Assembly: GCA_964016885.1 (NCBI GenBank)
Contig: CAXHJY010000523.1
Span: forward strand, 186,001 to 250,000
Reading direction: 5' to 3'
Source of the DNA: Eledone cirrhosa
Taxonomy: Eukaryota
Length of the DNA stretch: 64,000 bases
In this document: one piece after another, positions 1 through 17,100 of the stretch
Layout of the letters: each line of letters begins with the position of its first letter
How positions within the stretch are numbered: position 1 is the first letter of the stretch
Position numbers and translations under genes: made by a program
The notes under the pieces: model-generated
Database searches by the model: none
What the model saw: the letters and a program-made list of their open reading frames with translations, nothing else
Told to the model about the DNA's origin: nothing

Positions 1-82
1 TGAATATCCACAGTGACACTAGTTGACAGTAACACACACACACACAGGCTGAATATCTACAGTGATACAAGTTGACAGTAAG

Positions 83-113
<31 letters not shown>

Positions 114-3100
114 CTGAATATCCACAGTGACACTAGTTGATTGTAAGACACACACAGGCTGAATATCCACAGTGACAATAGTTGACTGTAAGACACACAC
201 AGGCTGAATATCCACAGTGACACTAGTTGACAGTAACACACACACACAGGCTGAATATCCACAGTGACACTACTTGACAGTAAGACAGACACACACACAG
301 GCTGAATATCCACAGTGAAACTAATTGACAGTAAGACACACACACACAGGCTGAATATCCACAGTGACACTAGTTGACAGTAAGACAGACACACACACAG
401 GCTGAATATCCACAGCAACACTAGTTGACATTAAGACAGACACACACACAGGCTGAATATCCACAGTGACACTAGTTGACAGTAAGACACACACACACAG
501 GCTGAATATCCACAGTGATACAAGTTCAACATAAGACACACACAGGCTGAATATCCACAGTGACACTAGTTGACAGTAAGACACACACACACACACAGGC
601 TGAATATCCACAGTGACACTAGTTGACAGTAACACGCACACACACAGGCTTAATATCCACAGTGACACTAGTTGACAGTAAGACACACACAGGCTGAATA
701 TCCACAGTGACACTAGCTGACTGTAAGACACACACAGGCTGAATATCCACAGTGACACTAGTTGACAGTAAGACACACACACACAGGCTGAATATCCACA
801 GTGACACTAGTTGACAGTAAGACACACACACACAGACTGAATATCCACAGTGAAACTAGTTGACAGTAAGACACACACACACAGGCTGAATATCCACCGT
901 GACACTAGTTGACAGTAAGAGAGACACACACACAGGCTGAATATCCACCATAACACTAGTTGACGGTAAGACACACACAGGCTGAATATCCACAGTGACA
1001 CTAGTTGACAGTAAGACACACACACACAGGCTGAATATCCACAGTGATACTAGTTGACCATAAGATACACACAGGCTGAAAATCCACAGTGACACTAGTT
1101 GACAGTAAGACACACACACACAGGCTGAATATGCACAGTGACACAAGCTGACAGTAAGACACACACAGGCTGAATATCCACAGTGACACTAGTTGACAGT
1201 AAGACACACACACACACAGACTGAATATCCACAGTGACACTAGTTGACAGTAAGACACACACACACAGGCTGAATATCAACAGTGACACTAGTTGACAGT
1301 AAGACACACACACACAGGCTGAATAACCACAGTGACACTAGTTGACTGTATCACACACATACGGGCTGAATATACACAGTGACACTAGTTGACAGTAAGA
1401 CACACACACACTCAGGCTGAATATCAACAGTGACACTAGTTGACAGTAAGACACACACACACACACAGGCTGAATATCAACAGTGACACTAGTTGACAGT
1501 AAGACACACACACACAGGCTGAATAACCAGAGTGACGCTAGATGACAGTAACACACACACAGGCTGAATATCCACAGTGACGCTAGATGACAGTAACACA
1601 CACACAGGCTGAATATCCACAGTGACACTAGTTGACAGTAAGACACACACACACAGGCTGAATATCCACAGTGACACTAATTGACATTAAGACACACACA
1701 CACAGGCTGAACATCAACAGTGACACTAGTTGACAGTAAGACACACACACACAGGCTGAATAACCACAGTGACACTAGTTGACTGTATCACACAAACACA
1801 GACTGAATATCCACAGTGACACTAGTTGACAGTAAGACACACACACACTCAGGCTGAATATCCACACTGACACTAGTTGACAGTAAGACACACACAGACA
1901 GGCTGAATAACCACATTGACACTAGTTGACTGTATCACACACATACGGGCTGAATATACACAGTGACACTAGTTGACAGTAAGACACACACACACTCAGG
2001 CTAAATATCCACACTGACACTAGTTGACAGTAAGACACACACACACAGGCTGAATAACCACAGTGACACTAGTTGACAGTAAGACACACACACACAGAGG
2101 CTGAATATCCACAGTGACACTAGTTGACAGTAAGACACACGCACATAGCCTGAATAACCACAGTGACACTAGTTGAGAGTAAGACACACACACACAGGCT
2201 GAATATCCACAGTGACACTAGTTGGCAGTAAGACACACACACACAGGCTGAATATCCAGAATGACACTAGTTGACAGTAAGACACACACACACACATACA
2301 CACAGGCTGAATATCCACAGTGACACTAGTTGACAGTAAGACACACAATTACACACACAGGCTGAATATCCACAGTGACACTAGTTGACAGTAAGACACA
2401 CGCAGGCTGAATATCCACAGTGACACTAGTTGACAGTAAGACACACACAGGCTGAATATCCACAGTGACACTAGCTGACTGTAAGACACACACAGGCTGA
2501 ATATCCAGTGACACTATTTGACAGTAAGACACACACACACAGGCTTAATATCAACAGTGACACTAGTTGACAGTAAGACACACACACACAGGCTGAATAA
2601 CCACATTGACACTAGTTGACTGTGTCACACAAACACAGACTGAATATCCACAGTGACACTAGTTGACAGTAAGACACACACACACTCAGGCTGAATATCC
2701 ACACTGACACTAGTTGACAGTAAGACACACACAGACAGGCTGAATAACCACAGTGACACTAGTTGACAGTAAGACACACACACAGGCTGAATATCCACAG
2801 TGACACTAGTTGACAGTAAGACACACACACACACAGGATGAATATACACAGTGACACTAGTTGACAGTAAGACACACGCACATAGGCTGAATAACCACAG
2901 TGACACTAGTTGACTGTATCACACACATACGGGCTGAATATACACAGTGACACTAGTTGACACTAAGACACACACACACTCAGGCTGAATATCCACACTG
3001 ACACTAGTTGACAGTAAGACACACACACACACAGGCTAAATAACCACAGTGACACTAGTTGACAGTAAGACACACACACAGGCTGAATATCCACAGTGAC

Positions 3101-5021
3101 ACTAGTTGACAGTAAGACACACACACACACAGGATGAATATCCACAGTGACACTAGTTGACAGTAAGACACACGCACATAGGCTGAATAACCACAGTGAC
3201 ACTAGTTGAGAGTAAGACACACACAGACAGGCTGAATATCCACAGTGACACTAGTTGACAGTAAGACACACACACACAGGCTGAATATCCAGAATGACAC
3301 TAGTTGACAGTAAGACACACACACACACACACACACACAGGCTGAATATCCACAGTGACACTAGTTGACAGTAAGACACACAATTACACACACAGGCTGA
3401 ATATCCACAGTGACACTAGTTCAGAGTAAGACACACACAGGCTGAACATCCACAGTGACACTAGTTGACAGTAAGACACACACAGGCTGAATATCCACAG
3501 TGACACTAGTTGACAGTAAGACACACACAGGCTGAATATCGACAATGACACTAGCTGACAGTAAGAGACACACACGCAGACTGAATATCCACAGTAACAC
3601 TAGTTGACAGTAAGACACACACACACAGGCTGAATATCCACAGTGACACAAGCTGACAGTAAGACACACACACACAGGCTAAATATCCACAGTGACACTA
3701 GTTGACAGTAAGACACACACACACACAGGCTGAATATCCACAGTGACACTAGTTGACAGTAAGACACACACACACAGACTGAATATCCACAGTGACACTA
3801 GTTGACAGTAAGACACACACACACAGGCTGAATATCAACAGTGACACTAGTTGACAGTAAGACACACACACACAGGCTGAATAACCACAGTGACACTAGT
3901 TGACTGTATCACACACATACGGGCTGAATATACACAGTGACACTAGTTGATAGTAAGACGCACACACACTCAGGCTGAATATCCACACTGACTCTAGCTG
4001 ACAGTAAGACACACAAACACACAGGCTGAATATCCACAGTGACACTAGTTGACAGTAAGACACACACAGGCTGAATATCCACAGTGACACTAGCTGACTG
4101 TAAGACACACACAGGCTGAATATCCAGTGACACTAGTTGACAGTAAGACACACACACACAGGCTGAATATCCACAGTGACACTAGTTGACAGTAAGACAC
4201 ACACACACAGTCTGAATATCAACAGTGACACTAGTTGACAGTAAGACACACACACACAGGCTGAATAACAACAGTGACACTAGTTGACTGTATCACACAA
4301 ACACAGACTGAATATCCACAGTGACACTAGTTGACAGTAAGACACACACACACAGGCTGAATATCAACAGTGACACTAGTTGACAATAAGACACACACAC
4401 ACAGGCTGAATAACAACAGTGACACTAGTTGACTGTATCACACAAACACAGACTGAATATCCACAGTGACACTAGCTGACAGTAAGACACACACACACAG
4501 GCTGAATATCCACAGTGACACTAGTTGACAGTAAGACACACACACTGAGGCTGAATATCCACACTGACACTAGTTGACAGTAAAACACACACAGGCTGAA
4601 TAACCACAGTGACACTAGTTGACAGTAAGACACACACACACAGGCTGAATATCAACAGTGACACTAGTTGACAGTAAGACACACACACACAGGCTGAATA
4701 ACCACAGTGACACTAGTTGACTGTATCACACACATACGGGCTGAATATACACAGTGACACTAGTTGACAGTAAGACACACACACACTCAGGCTGAATATC
4801 CACACTGACACTAGTTGACAGTAAGACACACACACACACAGGCTGAATAACCACGGTGACACTAGTTGACAGTAAGACACACACTCAGGCTGAATATCCA
4901 CAGTGACACTAGTTGACAGTAAGACACACACACACAGACTGAATATCCACAGTGACACTAGTTGACAGTAAGACAGACACACACAGGCTGAATATCCACA
5001 GTGACACTAGTTGGCAGTAAG

Positions 5022-5052
<31 letters not shown>

Positions 5053-5085
5053 CTGAATACCCAGAATGACACTAGTTGACAGTAA

Positions 5086-5125
<40 letters not shown>

Positions 5126-5159
5126 CTGAATATCCAGAATGACACTAGTTGACAGTAAG

Positions 5160-5190
<31 letters not shown>

Positions 5191-8100
5191 CTGAATATCC
5201 ACAGTGACACTAGTTGACAGTAAGACACACACAGGCTGAATATCCACAGTGACACTAGTTGACAGTAAGACACACAATTACACACACAGGCTGAATATCC
5301 ACAGTAACACTAGTTGACAGTAAGACACACACAGGCTGAATATCCACAGTGACACTAGTTGACAGTAAGACACACACACAGGCTGAATATCCACAGTGAC
5401 ACAAGCTGACAGTAAGACACACACACACAGGCTGAATATCCACAGTGACACTAGTTGACAGTAAGACACTCACACACAGGCTGAATATCCACAGTGACAC
5501 TAGTTGACAGTAAGACACACACACACAGGCTGAATATCCACAGTGACACTAGTTGACAGTAAGACACACACACAGGTTGAATATCCACAGTGACACTAGT
5601 TGACAGTAAGACACACACACACAGACTGAATATCCACAGTGACACTAGTTGACAGTAAGACACACACACACAGGCTGAATATCCACAGTGACACTAGTTG
5701 ACAGTAAGACACACACACAGGTTGAATATCCACAGTGACACTAGTTGACAGTAAGACACACACACACAGGCTGAATATCCACAGTGACACTAGTTGACAG
5801 TAAGACACACACACACAGGCTGAATATCCACAGTGACACTAGTTGACAGTAAGACACACACACACAGGTTGAATATCCACAGTGACACTAGCTGACTGTA
5901 AGACACACACAGGCTGAATATCCAGTGACACTATTTGACAGTAAGACACACACACACAGGCTTAATATCAACAGTGACACTAGTTGACAGTAAGACACAC
6001 ACACACAGGCTGAATAACCACATTGACACTAGTTGACTGTATCACACAAACACAGACTGAATATCCACAGTGACACTAGTTGACAATAAGACACACACAC
6101 ACTCAGGCTGAATATCCACACTGACACTAGTTGATAGTAAGACACACACACACACAGGCTGAATATCCACAGTGACACTAGTTGACAGTAAGACACACGC
6201 ACACACAGGCTGAATAACCACAGTGACACTAGTTGACAGTAAGACACACACACACACAGGATGAATATCCACAGTGACACTAGTTGACAGTAAGACACAC
6301 ACACACAGGCTGAATATCCACAGTGACACTAGTTGACAGTAAGACACACACACATAGGCTGAATATCAACAGTGACACTAGTTGACAGTAAGACACACAC
6401 ACACACAGGCTGAATAACCACAGTGACACTAGTTGACAGTAAGACACACACACACACAGGATGAATATCCACAGTAACACTAGTTGACAGTAAGACACAC
6501 ACACACAGGCTGAATATCAACAGTGACACTAGTTGACAGTAAGACACACACCCACACAGGCTGAATAACCACAGTGACACTAGTTGTGAGTAAGCCACAC
6601 ACACACAGGCTGAATATCCACAGTGACACTAGTTGACAGTAAGACACACACACACAGGCTGAATATCCAGAATGACAGTAGTTGACAGTAAGACACACAC
6701 ACACACACACACACACACAGGCTGAATATCCACAGTGACACTAGTTGACAGTAAGACACACAATTACACACACAGGCTGAATATCCACAGTGACACTAGT
6801 TGACAGTAAGACACACACACACAGGCTGAATATCCAGAATGACACTAGTTGACAGTAAGACACACACACACACACACACACGCAGACTGAATATCCACAG
6901 TAACACTAGTTGACAGTAAGACACACCCAGGCTGAATATCCACAGTGACACTAGTTGACAGTAAGACACACACACACAGGCTGAATATCCACAGTGACAC
7001 AAGCTGACAGTAAGACACACACACACAGGCTGAATATCCACAGTGACACTAGTTGACAGTAAGACACACACACACAGACCGAATATCCACAGTGACACTA
7101 GTTGACCGTAAGACACACACACACAGGCTGAATATCCACAGTGACACTAGTTGACCGTAAGACACACACACACAGGCTGAATATCCACAGTGACACTAGT
7201 TGACAGTAAGACACACACACACAGGTTGAATATCCACAGTGACACTAGTTGACAGTAAGACACACACACACAGGTTGAATATCCACAGTGACACTAGTTG
7301 ACCGTAAGACACACACACACAGACTGAATATCCACAGTGACACTAGCTGACTGTAAGACACACACAGGCTGAATATCCAGTGACACTAGTTGACAGTAAG
7401 ACACACACACACAGGCTTAATATCAACAGTGACACTAGTTGACAGTAAGACACACACACACAGGCTGAATAACCATATTGACACTAGTTGACTGTATCAC
7501 ACACATACGGGCTGAATATACACAGTGACACTAGTTGACAGTAAGACACACACACACTCAGGCTGAATATCCACACTGACACTAGTTGACAGTAAGACAC
7601 ACACATACACAGGCTGAATAACCACAGTGACACTAGTTGACAGTAAGACACACACACACACAGGCTGAATATCCACAGTGACACTAGTTGACAGTAAGAA
7701 ACACACACACACAGGCTGAATATCCACAGTGACACTAGTTGACAGTAAGACATACACAGGCTGAATATCCACAGTGACACTAGTTGACAGTAAGACACAC
7801 ACACACACAGGCTGAATATCCACAGTGACACTAGTTGACAGTAAGACACACACACACACAGGCTGAATATCCACAGTGACACTAGTTGACAGTAAGACAC
7901 ACACACACACAGGCTGAATATCCACAGTGACACTAGTTGACAGTAAGAAACACACACACACACAGGCTGAATATCCACAGTGACACTAGTTGACAGTAAG
8001 ACACACATACACAGGCTGAATATCCACAGTGACACTGGTTGACAGCAAGACATACACAGGCTGAATATCCACAGTGACACTAGTTGACAGTAAGACACAC

Positions 8101-11100
8101 ACACACACAGGCTGAATATCCACAGTGACACTGGTTGACAGCAAGACACACACAGGCTGAATATCCACAGTGACACTAGTTGACGGTAAGACACACACAG
8201 GCTGAATATCCACAGTGACACTAGTTGACAGTAAGACACACACACACACAGGCTGAATATCCACAGTGACACTAGTTGACAGTAAGACACACACAGGCTG
8301 AATATCCACAGTGACACTAGTTGACAGTAAGACACACACACACACAGGCTGAATATCCACAGTGACACTAGTTGACAGTAAGACGCACACAGGCTGAATA
8401 TCCACAGTGACACTAGTTGACAGTAAGACACACACACACACACAGGCTGAATATCCACAGTGACACTAGTTGACAGTAAGACACACACACACACACACAC
8501 ACACAGGCTGAATATCCACAGTGACACTAGTTGACAGTAAGACACACACACAGCCTGAATATCCACAGTGACACAAGCTGACAGTAAGACACACACACAC
8601 AGGCTGAATATCCACAGTGACACTAGTTGACAGTAAGACACACACACACAGACCGAATATCCACAGTGACACTAGTTGACCGTAAGACACACACACACAG
8701 GCTGAATATCCACAGTGACACTAGTTGACCGTAAGACACACACACACAGGCTGAATATCCACAGTGACACTAGTTGACAGTAAGACACACACACACAGGT
8801 TGAATATCCACAGTGACACTAGTTGACAGTAAGACACACACACACAGGTTGAATATCCACAGTGACACTAGTTGACCGTAAGACACACACACACAGACTG
8901 AATATCCACAGTGACACTAGCTGACTGTAAGACACACACAGGCTGAATATCCAGTGACACTAGTTGACAGTAAGACACACACACACAGGCTTAATATCAA
9001 CAGTGACACTAGTTGACAGTAAGACACACACACACAGGCTGAATAACCATATTGACACTAGTTGACTGTATCACACACATACGGGCTGAATATACACAGT
9101 GACACTAGTTGACAGTAAGACACACACACACTCAGGCTGAATATCCACACTGACACTAGTTGACAGTAAGACACACACATACACAGGCTGAATAACCACA
9201 GTGACACTAGTTGACAGTAAGACACACACACACACAGGCTGAATATCCACAGTGACACTAGTTGACAGTAAGAAACACACACACACAGGCTGAATATCCA
9301 CAGTGACACTAGTTGACAGTAAGACATACACAGGCTGAATATCCACAGTGACACTAGTTGACAGTAAGACACACACACACACAGGCTGAATATCCACAGT
9401 GACACTAGTTGACAGTAAGACACACACACACACAGGCTGAATATCCACAGTGACACTAGTTGACAGTAAGACACACACACACACAGGCTGAATATCCACA
9501 GTGACACTAGTTGACAGTAAGAAACACACACACACACAGGCTGAATATCCACAGTGACACTGGTTGACAGCAAGACACACACAGGCTGAATATCCACAGT
9601 GACACTGGTTGACAGCAAGACATACACAGGCTGAATATCCACAGTGACACTAGTTGACAGTAAGACACACACACACACAGGCTGAATATCCACAGTGACA
9701 CTGGTTGACAGCAAGACACACACAGGCTGAATATCCACAGTGACACTAGTTGACGGTAAGACACACACAGGCTGAATATCCACAGTGACACTAGTTGACA
9801 GTAAGACACACACACACACAGGCTGAATATCCACAGTGACACTAGTTGACAGTAAGACACACACAGGCTGAATATCCACAGTGACACTAGTTGACAGTAA
9901 GACACACACACACACAGGCTGAATATCCACAGTGACACTAGTTGACAGTAAGACGCACACAGGCTGAATATCCACAGTGACACTAGTTGACAGTAAGACA
10001 CACACACACAGGCTGAATATCCACAGTGACACTAGTTGACAGTAAGACACACACACACACACACACACACAGGCTGAATATCCACAGTGACACTAGTTGA
10101 CAGTAAGACACACACACACACACACACACACAGGCTGAATATCCACAGTGACACTAGTTGACAGTAAGACACACACACAGCCTGAATATCCACAGTGACA
10201 CTAGTTGACAGTAAGACACACACACACACAGGCTGAATATCCACAGTGACACTAGTTGACAGTAAGACACACACAGGCTGAATATCCACAGTGACACTAG
10301 TTGACAGTAAGACACACACACACACACAGGCTGAATATCCACAGTGACACTAGTTGACAGTAAGACACACACAGGCTGAATATCCACAGTGACACTAGTT
10401 GACAGTAAGACACACAATTACACACACAGGCTGAATATCCACAGTAACACTAGTTGACAGTAAGACACACACAGGCTGAATATCCACAGTGACACTAGTT
10501 GACAGTAAGACACACACACACAGGCTGAATATCCACAGGGACACAAGCTGACAGTAAGACACACACACACAGGCTGAATATCCACAGTGACACTAGTTGA
10601 CAGTAAGACACACACACACACAGACTGAATATCCACAGTGACACTAGTTGACAGTAAGACACACACACACAGGCTGAATATCCACAGTGACACTAGTTGA
10701 CAGTAAGACACACACACACAGGTTGAATATCCACAGTGACACTAGTTGACAGTAAGACACACACACACAGGCTGAATATCCACAGTGACACTAGTTGACA
10801 GTAAGACACACACACACAGGCTGAATATCCACAGTGACACTAGTTGACAGTAAGACACACACACACAGGTTGAATATCCACAGTGACACTAGCTGACTAT
10901 AAGACACACACAGGCTGAATATCCAGTGACACTATTTGACAGTAAGACACACACACACAGGCTTAATATCAACAGTGACACTAGTTGACAGTAAGACACA
11001 CACACACAGGCTGAATAACCACATTGACACTAGTTGACTGTATCACACAAACACAGACTGAATATCCACAGTGACACTAGTTGACAGTAAGACACACACA

Positions 11101-14100
11101 CACTCAGGCTGAATATCCACACTGACACTAGTTGACAGTAAGACACACACACACACAGGCTGAATATCCACAGTGACACTAGTTGACAGTAAGACACACA
11201 CACACACAGGCTGAATATCCACAGTGACACTAGTTGACAGTAAGAAACACACACACACACAGGCTGAATATCCACAGTGACACTAGTTGACAGTAAGACA
11301 CACATACACAGGCTGAATATCCACAGTGACACTGGTTGACAGCAAGACATACACAGGCTGAATATCCACAGTGACACTAGTTGACAGTAAGACACACACA
11401 CACACAGGCTGAATATCCACAGTGACACTGGTTGACAGCAAGACACACACAGGCTGAATATCCACAGTGACACTAGTTGACGGTAAGACACACACAGGCT
11501 GAATATCCACAGTGACACTAGTTGACAGTAAGACACACACACACACAGGCTGAATATCCACAGTGACACTAGTTGACAGTAAGACACACACAGGCTGAAT
11601 ATCCACAGTGACACTAGTTGACAGTAAGACACACACACACACAGGCTGAATATCCACAGTGACACTAGTTGACAGTAAGACGCACACAGGCTGAATATCC
11701 ACAGTGACACTAGTTGACAGTAAGACACACACACACACACAGGCTGAATATCCACAGTGACACTAGTTGACAGTAAGACACACACACACACACACACACA
11801 CAGGCTGAATATCCACAGTGACACTAGTTGACAGTAAGACACACACACAGCCTGAATATCCACAGTGACACAAGCTGACAGTAAGACACACACACACAGG
11901 CTGAATATCCACAGTGACACTAGTTGACAGTAAGACACACACACACAGACCGAATATCCACAGTGACACTAGTTGACCGTAAGACACACACACACAGGCT
12001 GAATATCCACAGTGACACTAGTTGACCGTAAGACACACACACACAGGCTGAATATCCACAGTGACACTAGTTGACAGTAAGACACACACACACAGGTTGA
12101 ATATCCACAGTGACACTAGTTGACAGTAAGACACACACACACAGGTTGAATATCCACAGTGACACTAGTTGACCGTAAGACACACACACACAGACTGAAT
12201 ATCCACAGTGACACTAGCTGACTGTAAGACACACACAGGCTGAATATCCAGTGACACTAGTTGACAGTAAGACACACACACACAGGCTTAATATCAACAG
12301 TGACACTAGTTGACAGTAAGACACACACACACAGGCTGAATAACCATATTGACACTAGTTGACTGTATCACACACATACGGGCTGAATATACACAGTGAC
12401 ACTAGTTGACAGTAAGACACACACACACTCAGGCTGAATATCCACACTGACACTAGTTGACAGTAAGACACACACATACACAGGCTGAATAACCACAGTG
12501 ACACTAGTTGACAGTAAGACACACACACACACAGGCTGAATATCCACAGTGACACTAGTTGACAGTAAGAAACACACACACACAGGCTGAATATCCACAG
12601 TGACACTAGTTGACAGTAAGACATACACAGGCTGAATATCCACAGTGACACTAGTTGACAGTAAGACACACACACACACAGGCTGAATATCCACAGTGAC
12701 ACTAGTTGACAGTAAGACACACACACACACAGGCTGAATATCCACAGTGACACTAGTTGACAGTAAGACACACACACACACAGGCTGAATATCCACAGTG
12801 ACACTAGTTGACAGTAAGAAACACACACACACACAGGCTGAATATCCACAGTGACACTGGTTGACAGCAAGACACACACAGGCTGAATATCCACAGTGAC
12901 ACTGGTTGACAGCAAGACATACACAGGCTGAATATCCACAGTGACACTAGTTGACAGTAAGACACACACACACACAGGCTGAATATCCACAGTGACACTG
13001 GTTGACAGCAAGACACACACAGGCTGAATATCCACAGTGACACTAGTTGACGGTAAGACACACACAGGCTGAATATCCACAGTGACACTAGTTGACAGTA
13101 AGACACACACACACACAGGCTGAATATCCACAGTGACACTAGTTGACAGTAAGACACACACAGGCTGAATATCCACAGTGACACTAGTTGACAGTAAGAC
13201 ACACACACACACAGGCTGAATATCCACAGTGACACTAGTTGACAGTAAGACGCACACAGGCTGAATATCCACAGTGACACTAGTTGACAGTAAGACACAC
13301 ACACACAGGCTGAATATCCACAGTGACACTAGTTGACAGTAAGACACACACACACACACACACACACAGGCTGAATATCCACAGTGACACTAGTTGACAG
13401 TAAGACACACACACACACACACACACACACAGGCTGAATATCCACAGTGACACTAGTTGACAGTAAGACACACACACAGCCTGAATATCCACAGTGACAC
13501 TAGTTGACAGTAAGACACACACACACACAGGCTGAATATCCACAGTGACACTAGTTGACAGTAAGACACACACAGGCTGAATATCCACAGTGACACTAGT
13601 TGACAGTAAGACACACACACACACACAGGCTGAATATCCACAGTGACACTAGTTGACAGTAAGACACACACAGGCTGAATATCCACAGTGACACTAGTTG
13701 ACAGTAAGACACACAATTACACACACAGGCTGAATATCCACAGTAACACTAGTTGACAGTAAGACACACACAGGCTGAATATCCACAGTGACACTAGTTG
13801 ACAGTAAGACACACACACACAGGCTGAATATCCACAGGGACACAAGCTGACAGTAAGACACACACACACAGGCTGAATATCCACAGTGACACTAGTTGAC
13901 AGTAAGACACACACACACACAGACTGAATATCCACAGTGACACTAGTTGACAGTAAGACACACACACACAGGCTGAATATCCACAGTGACACTAGTTGAC
14001 AGTAAGACACACACACACAGGTTGAATATCCACAGTGACACTAGTTGACAGTAAGACACACACACACAGGCTGAATATCCACAGTGACACTAGTTGACAG

Positions 14101-17100
14101 TAAGACACACACACACAGGCTGAATATCCACAGTGACACTAGTTGACAGTAAGACACACACACACAGGTTGAATATCCACAGTGACACTAGCTGACTATA
14201 AGACACACACAGGCTGAATATCCAGTGACACTATTTGACAGTAAGACACACACACACAGGCTTAATATCAACAGTGACACTAGTTGACAGTAAGACACAC
14301 ACACACAGGCTGAATAACCACATTGACACTAGTTGACTGTATCACACAAACACAGACTGAATATCCACAGTGACACTAGTTGACAGTAAGACACACACAC
14401 ACTCAGGCTGAATATCCACACTGACACTAGTTGACAGTAAGACACACACACACACAGGCTGAATATCCACAGTGACACTAGTTGACAGTAAGACACACAC
14501 ACACACAGGCTGAATATCCACAGTGACACTAGTTGACAGTAAGAAACACACACACACACAGGCTGAATATCCACAGTGACACTAGTTGACAGTAAGACAC
14601 ACATACACAGGCTGAATATCCACAGTGACACTGGTTGACAGCAAGACATACACAGGCTGAATATCCACAGTGACACTAGTTGACAGTAAGACACACACAC
14701 ACACAGGCTGAATATCCACAGTGACACTGGTTGACAGCAAGACACACACAGGCTGAATATCCACAGTGACACTAGTTGACGGTAAGACACACACAGGCTG
14801 AATATCCACAGTGACACTAGTTGACAGTAAGACACACACACACACAGGCTGAATATCCACAGTGACACTAGTTGACAGTAAGACACACACAGGCTGAATA
14901 TCCACAGTGACACTAGTTGACAGTAAGACACACACACACACAGGCTGAATATCCACAGTGACACTAGTTGACAGTAAGACGCACACAGGCTGAATATCCA
15001 CAGTGACACTAGTTGACAGTAAGACACACACACACACACAGGCTGAATATCCACAGTGACACTAGTTGACAGTAAGACACACACACACACACACACACAC
15101 AGGCTGAATATCCACAGTGACACTAGTTGACAGTAAGACACACACACAGCCTGAATATCCACAGTGACACAAGCTGACAGTAAGACACACACACACAGGC
15201 TGAATATCCACAGTGACACTAGTTGACAGTAAGACACACACACACAGACCGAATATCCACAGTGACACTAGTTGACCGTAAGACACACACACACAGGCTG
15301 AATATCCACAGTGACACTAGTTGACCGTAAGACACACACACACAGGCTGAATATCCACAGTGACACTAGTTGACAGTAAGACACACACACACAGGTTGAA
15401 TATCCACAGTGACACTAGTTGACAGTAAGACACACACACACAGGTTGAATATCCACAGTGACACTAGTTGACCGTAAGACACACACACACAGACTGAATA
15501 TCCACAGTGACACTAGCTGACTGTAAGACACACACAGGCTGAATATCCAGTGACACTAGTTGACAGTAAGACACACACACACAGGCTTAATATCAACAGT
15601 GACACTAGTTGACAGTAAGACACACACACACAGGCTGAATAACCATATTGACACTAGTTGACTGTATCACACACATACGGGCTGAATATACACAGTGACA
15701 CTAGTTGACAGTAAGACACACACACACTCAGGCTGAATATCCACACTGACACTAGTTGACAGTAAGACACACACATACACAGGCTGAATAACCACAGTGA
15801 CACTAGTTGACAGTAAGACACACACACACACAGGCTGAATATCCACAGTGACACTAGTTGACAGTAAGAAACACACACACACAGGCTGAATATCCACAGT
15901 GACACTAGTTGACAGTAAGACATACACAGGCTGAATATCCACAGTGACACTAGTTGACAGTAAGACACACACACACACAGGCTGAATATCCACAGTGACA
16001 CTAGTTGACAGTAAGACACACACACACACAGGCTGAATATCCACAGTGACACTAGTTGACAGTAAGACACACACACACACAGGCTGAATATCCACAGTGA
16101 CACTAGTTGACAGTAAGAAACACACACACACACAGGCTGAATATCCACAGTGACACTGGTTGACAGCAAGACACACACAGGCTGAATATCCACAGTGACA
16201 CTGGTTGACAGCAAGACATACACAGGCTGAATATCCACAGTGACACTAGTTGACAGTAAGACACACACACACACAGGCTGAATATCCACAGTGACACTGG
16301 TTGACAGCAAGACACACACAGGCTGAATATCCACAGTGACACTAGTTGACGGTAAGACACACACAGGCTGAATATCCACAGTGACACTAGTTGACAGTAA
16401 GACACACACACACACAGGCTGAATATCCACAGTGACACTAGTTGACAGTAAGACACACACAGGCTGAATATCCACAGTGACACTAGTTGACAGTAAGACA
16501 CACACACACACAGGCTGAATATCCACAGTGACACTAGTTGACAGTAAGACGCACACAGGCTGAATATCCACAGTGACACTAGTTGACAGTAAGACACACA
16601 CACACAGGCTGAATATCCACAGTGACACTAGTTGACAGTAAGACACACACACACACACACACACACAGGCTGAATATCCACAGTGACACTAGTTGACAGT
16701 AAGACACACACACACACACACACACACACAGGCTGAATATCCACAGTGACACTAGTTGACAGTAAGACACACACACAGCCTGAATATCCACAGTGACACT
16801 AGTTGACAGTAAGACACACACACACACAGGCTGAATATCCACAGTGACACTAGTTGACAGTAAGACACACACAGGCTGAATATCCACAGTGACACTAGTT
16901 GACAGTAAGACACACACACACACACAGGCTGAATATCCACAGTGACACTAGTTGACAGTAAGACACACACAGGCTGAATATCCACAGTGACACTAGTTGA
17001 CAGTAAGACACACAATTACACACACAGGCTGAATATCCACAGTAACACTAGTTGACAGTAAGACACACACAGGCTGAATATCCACAGTGACACTAGTTGA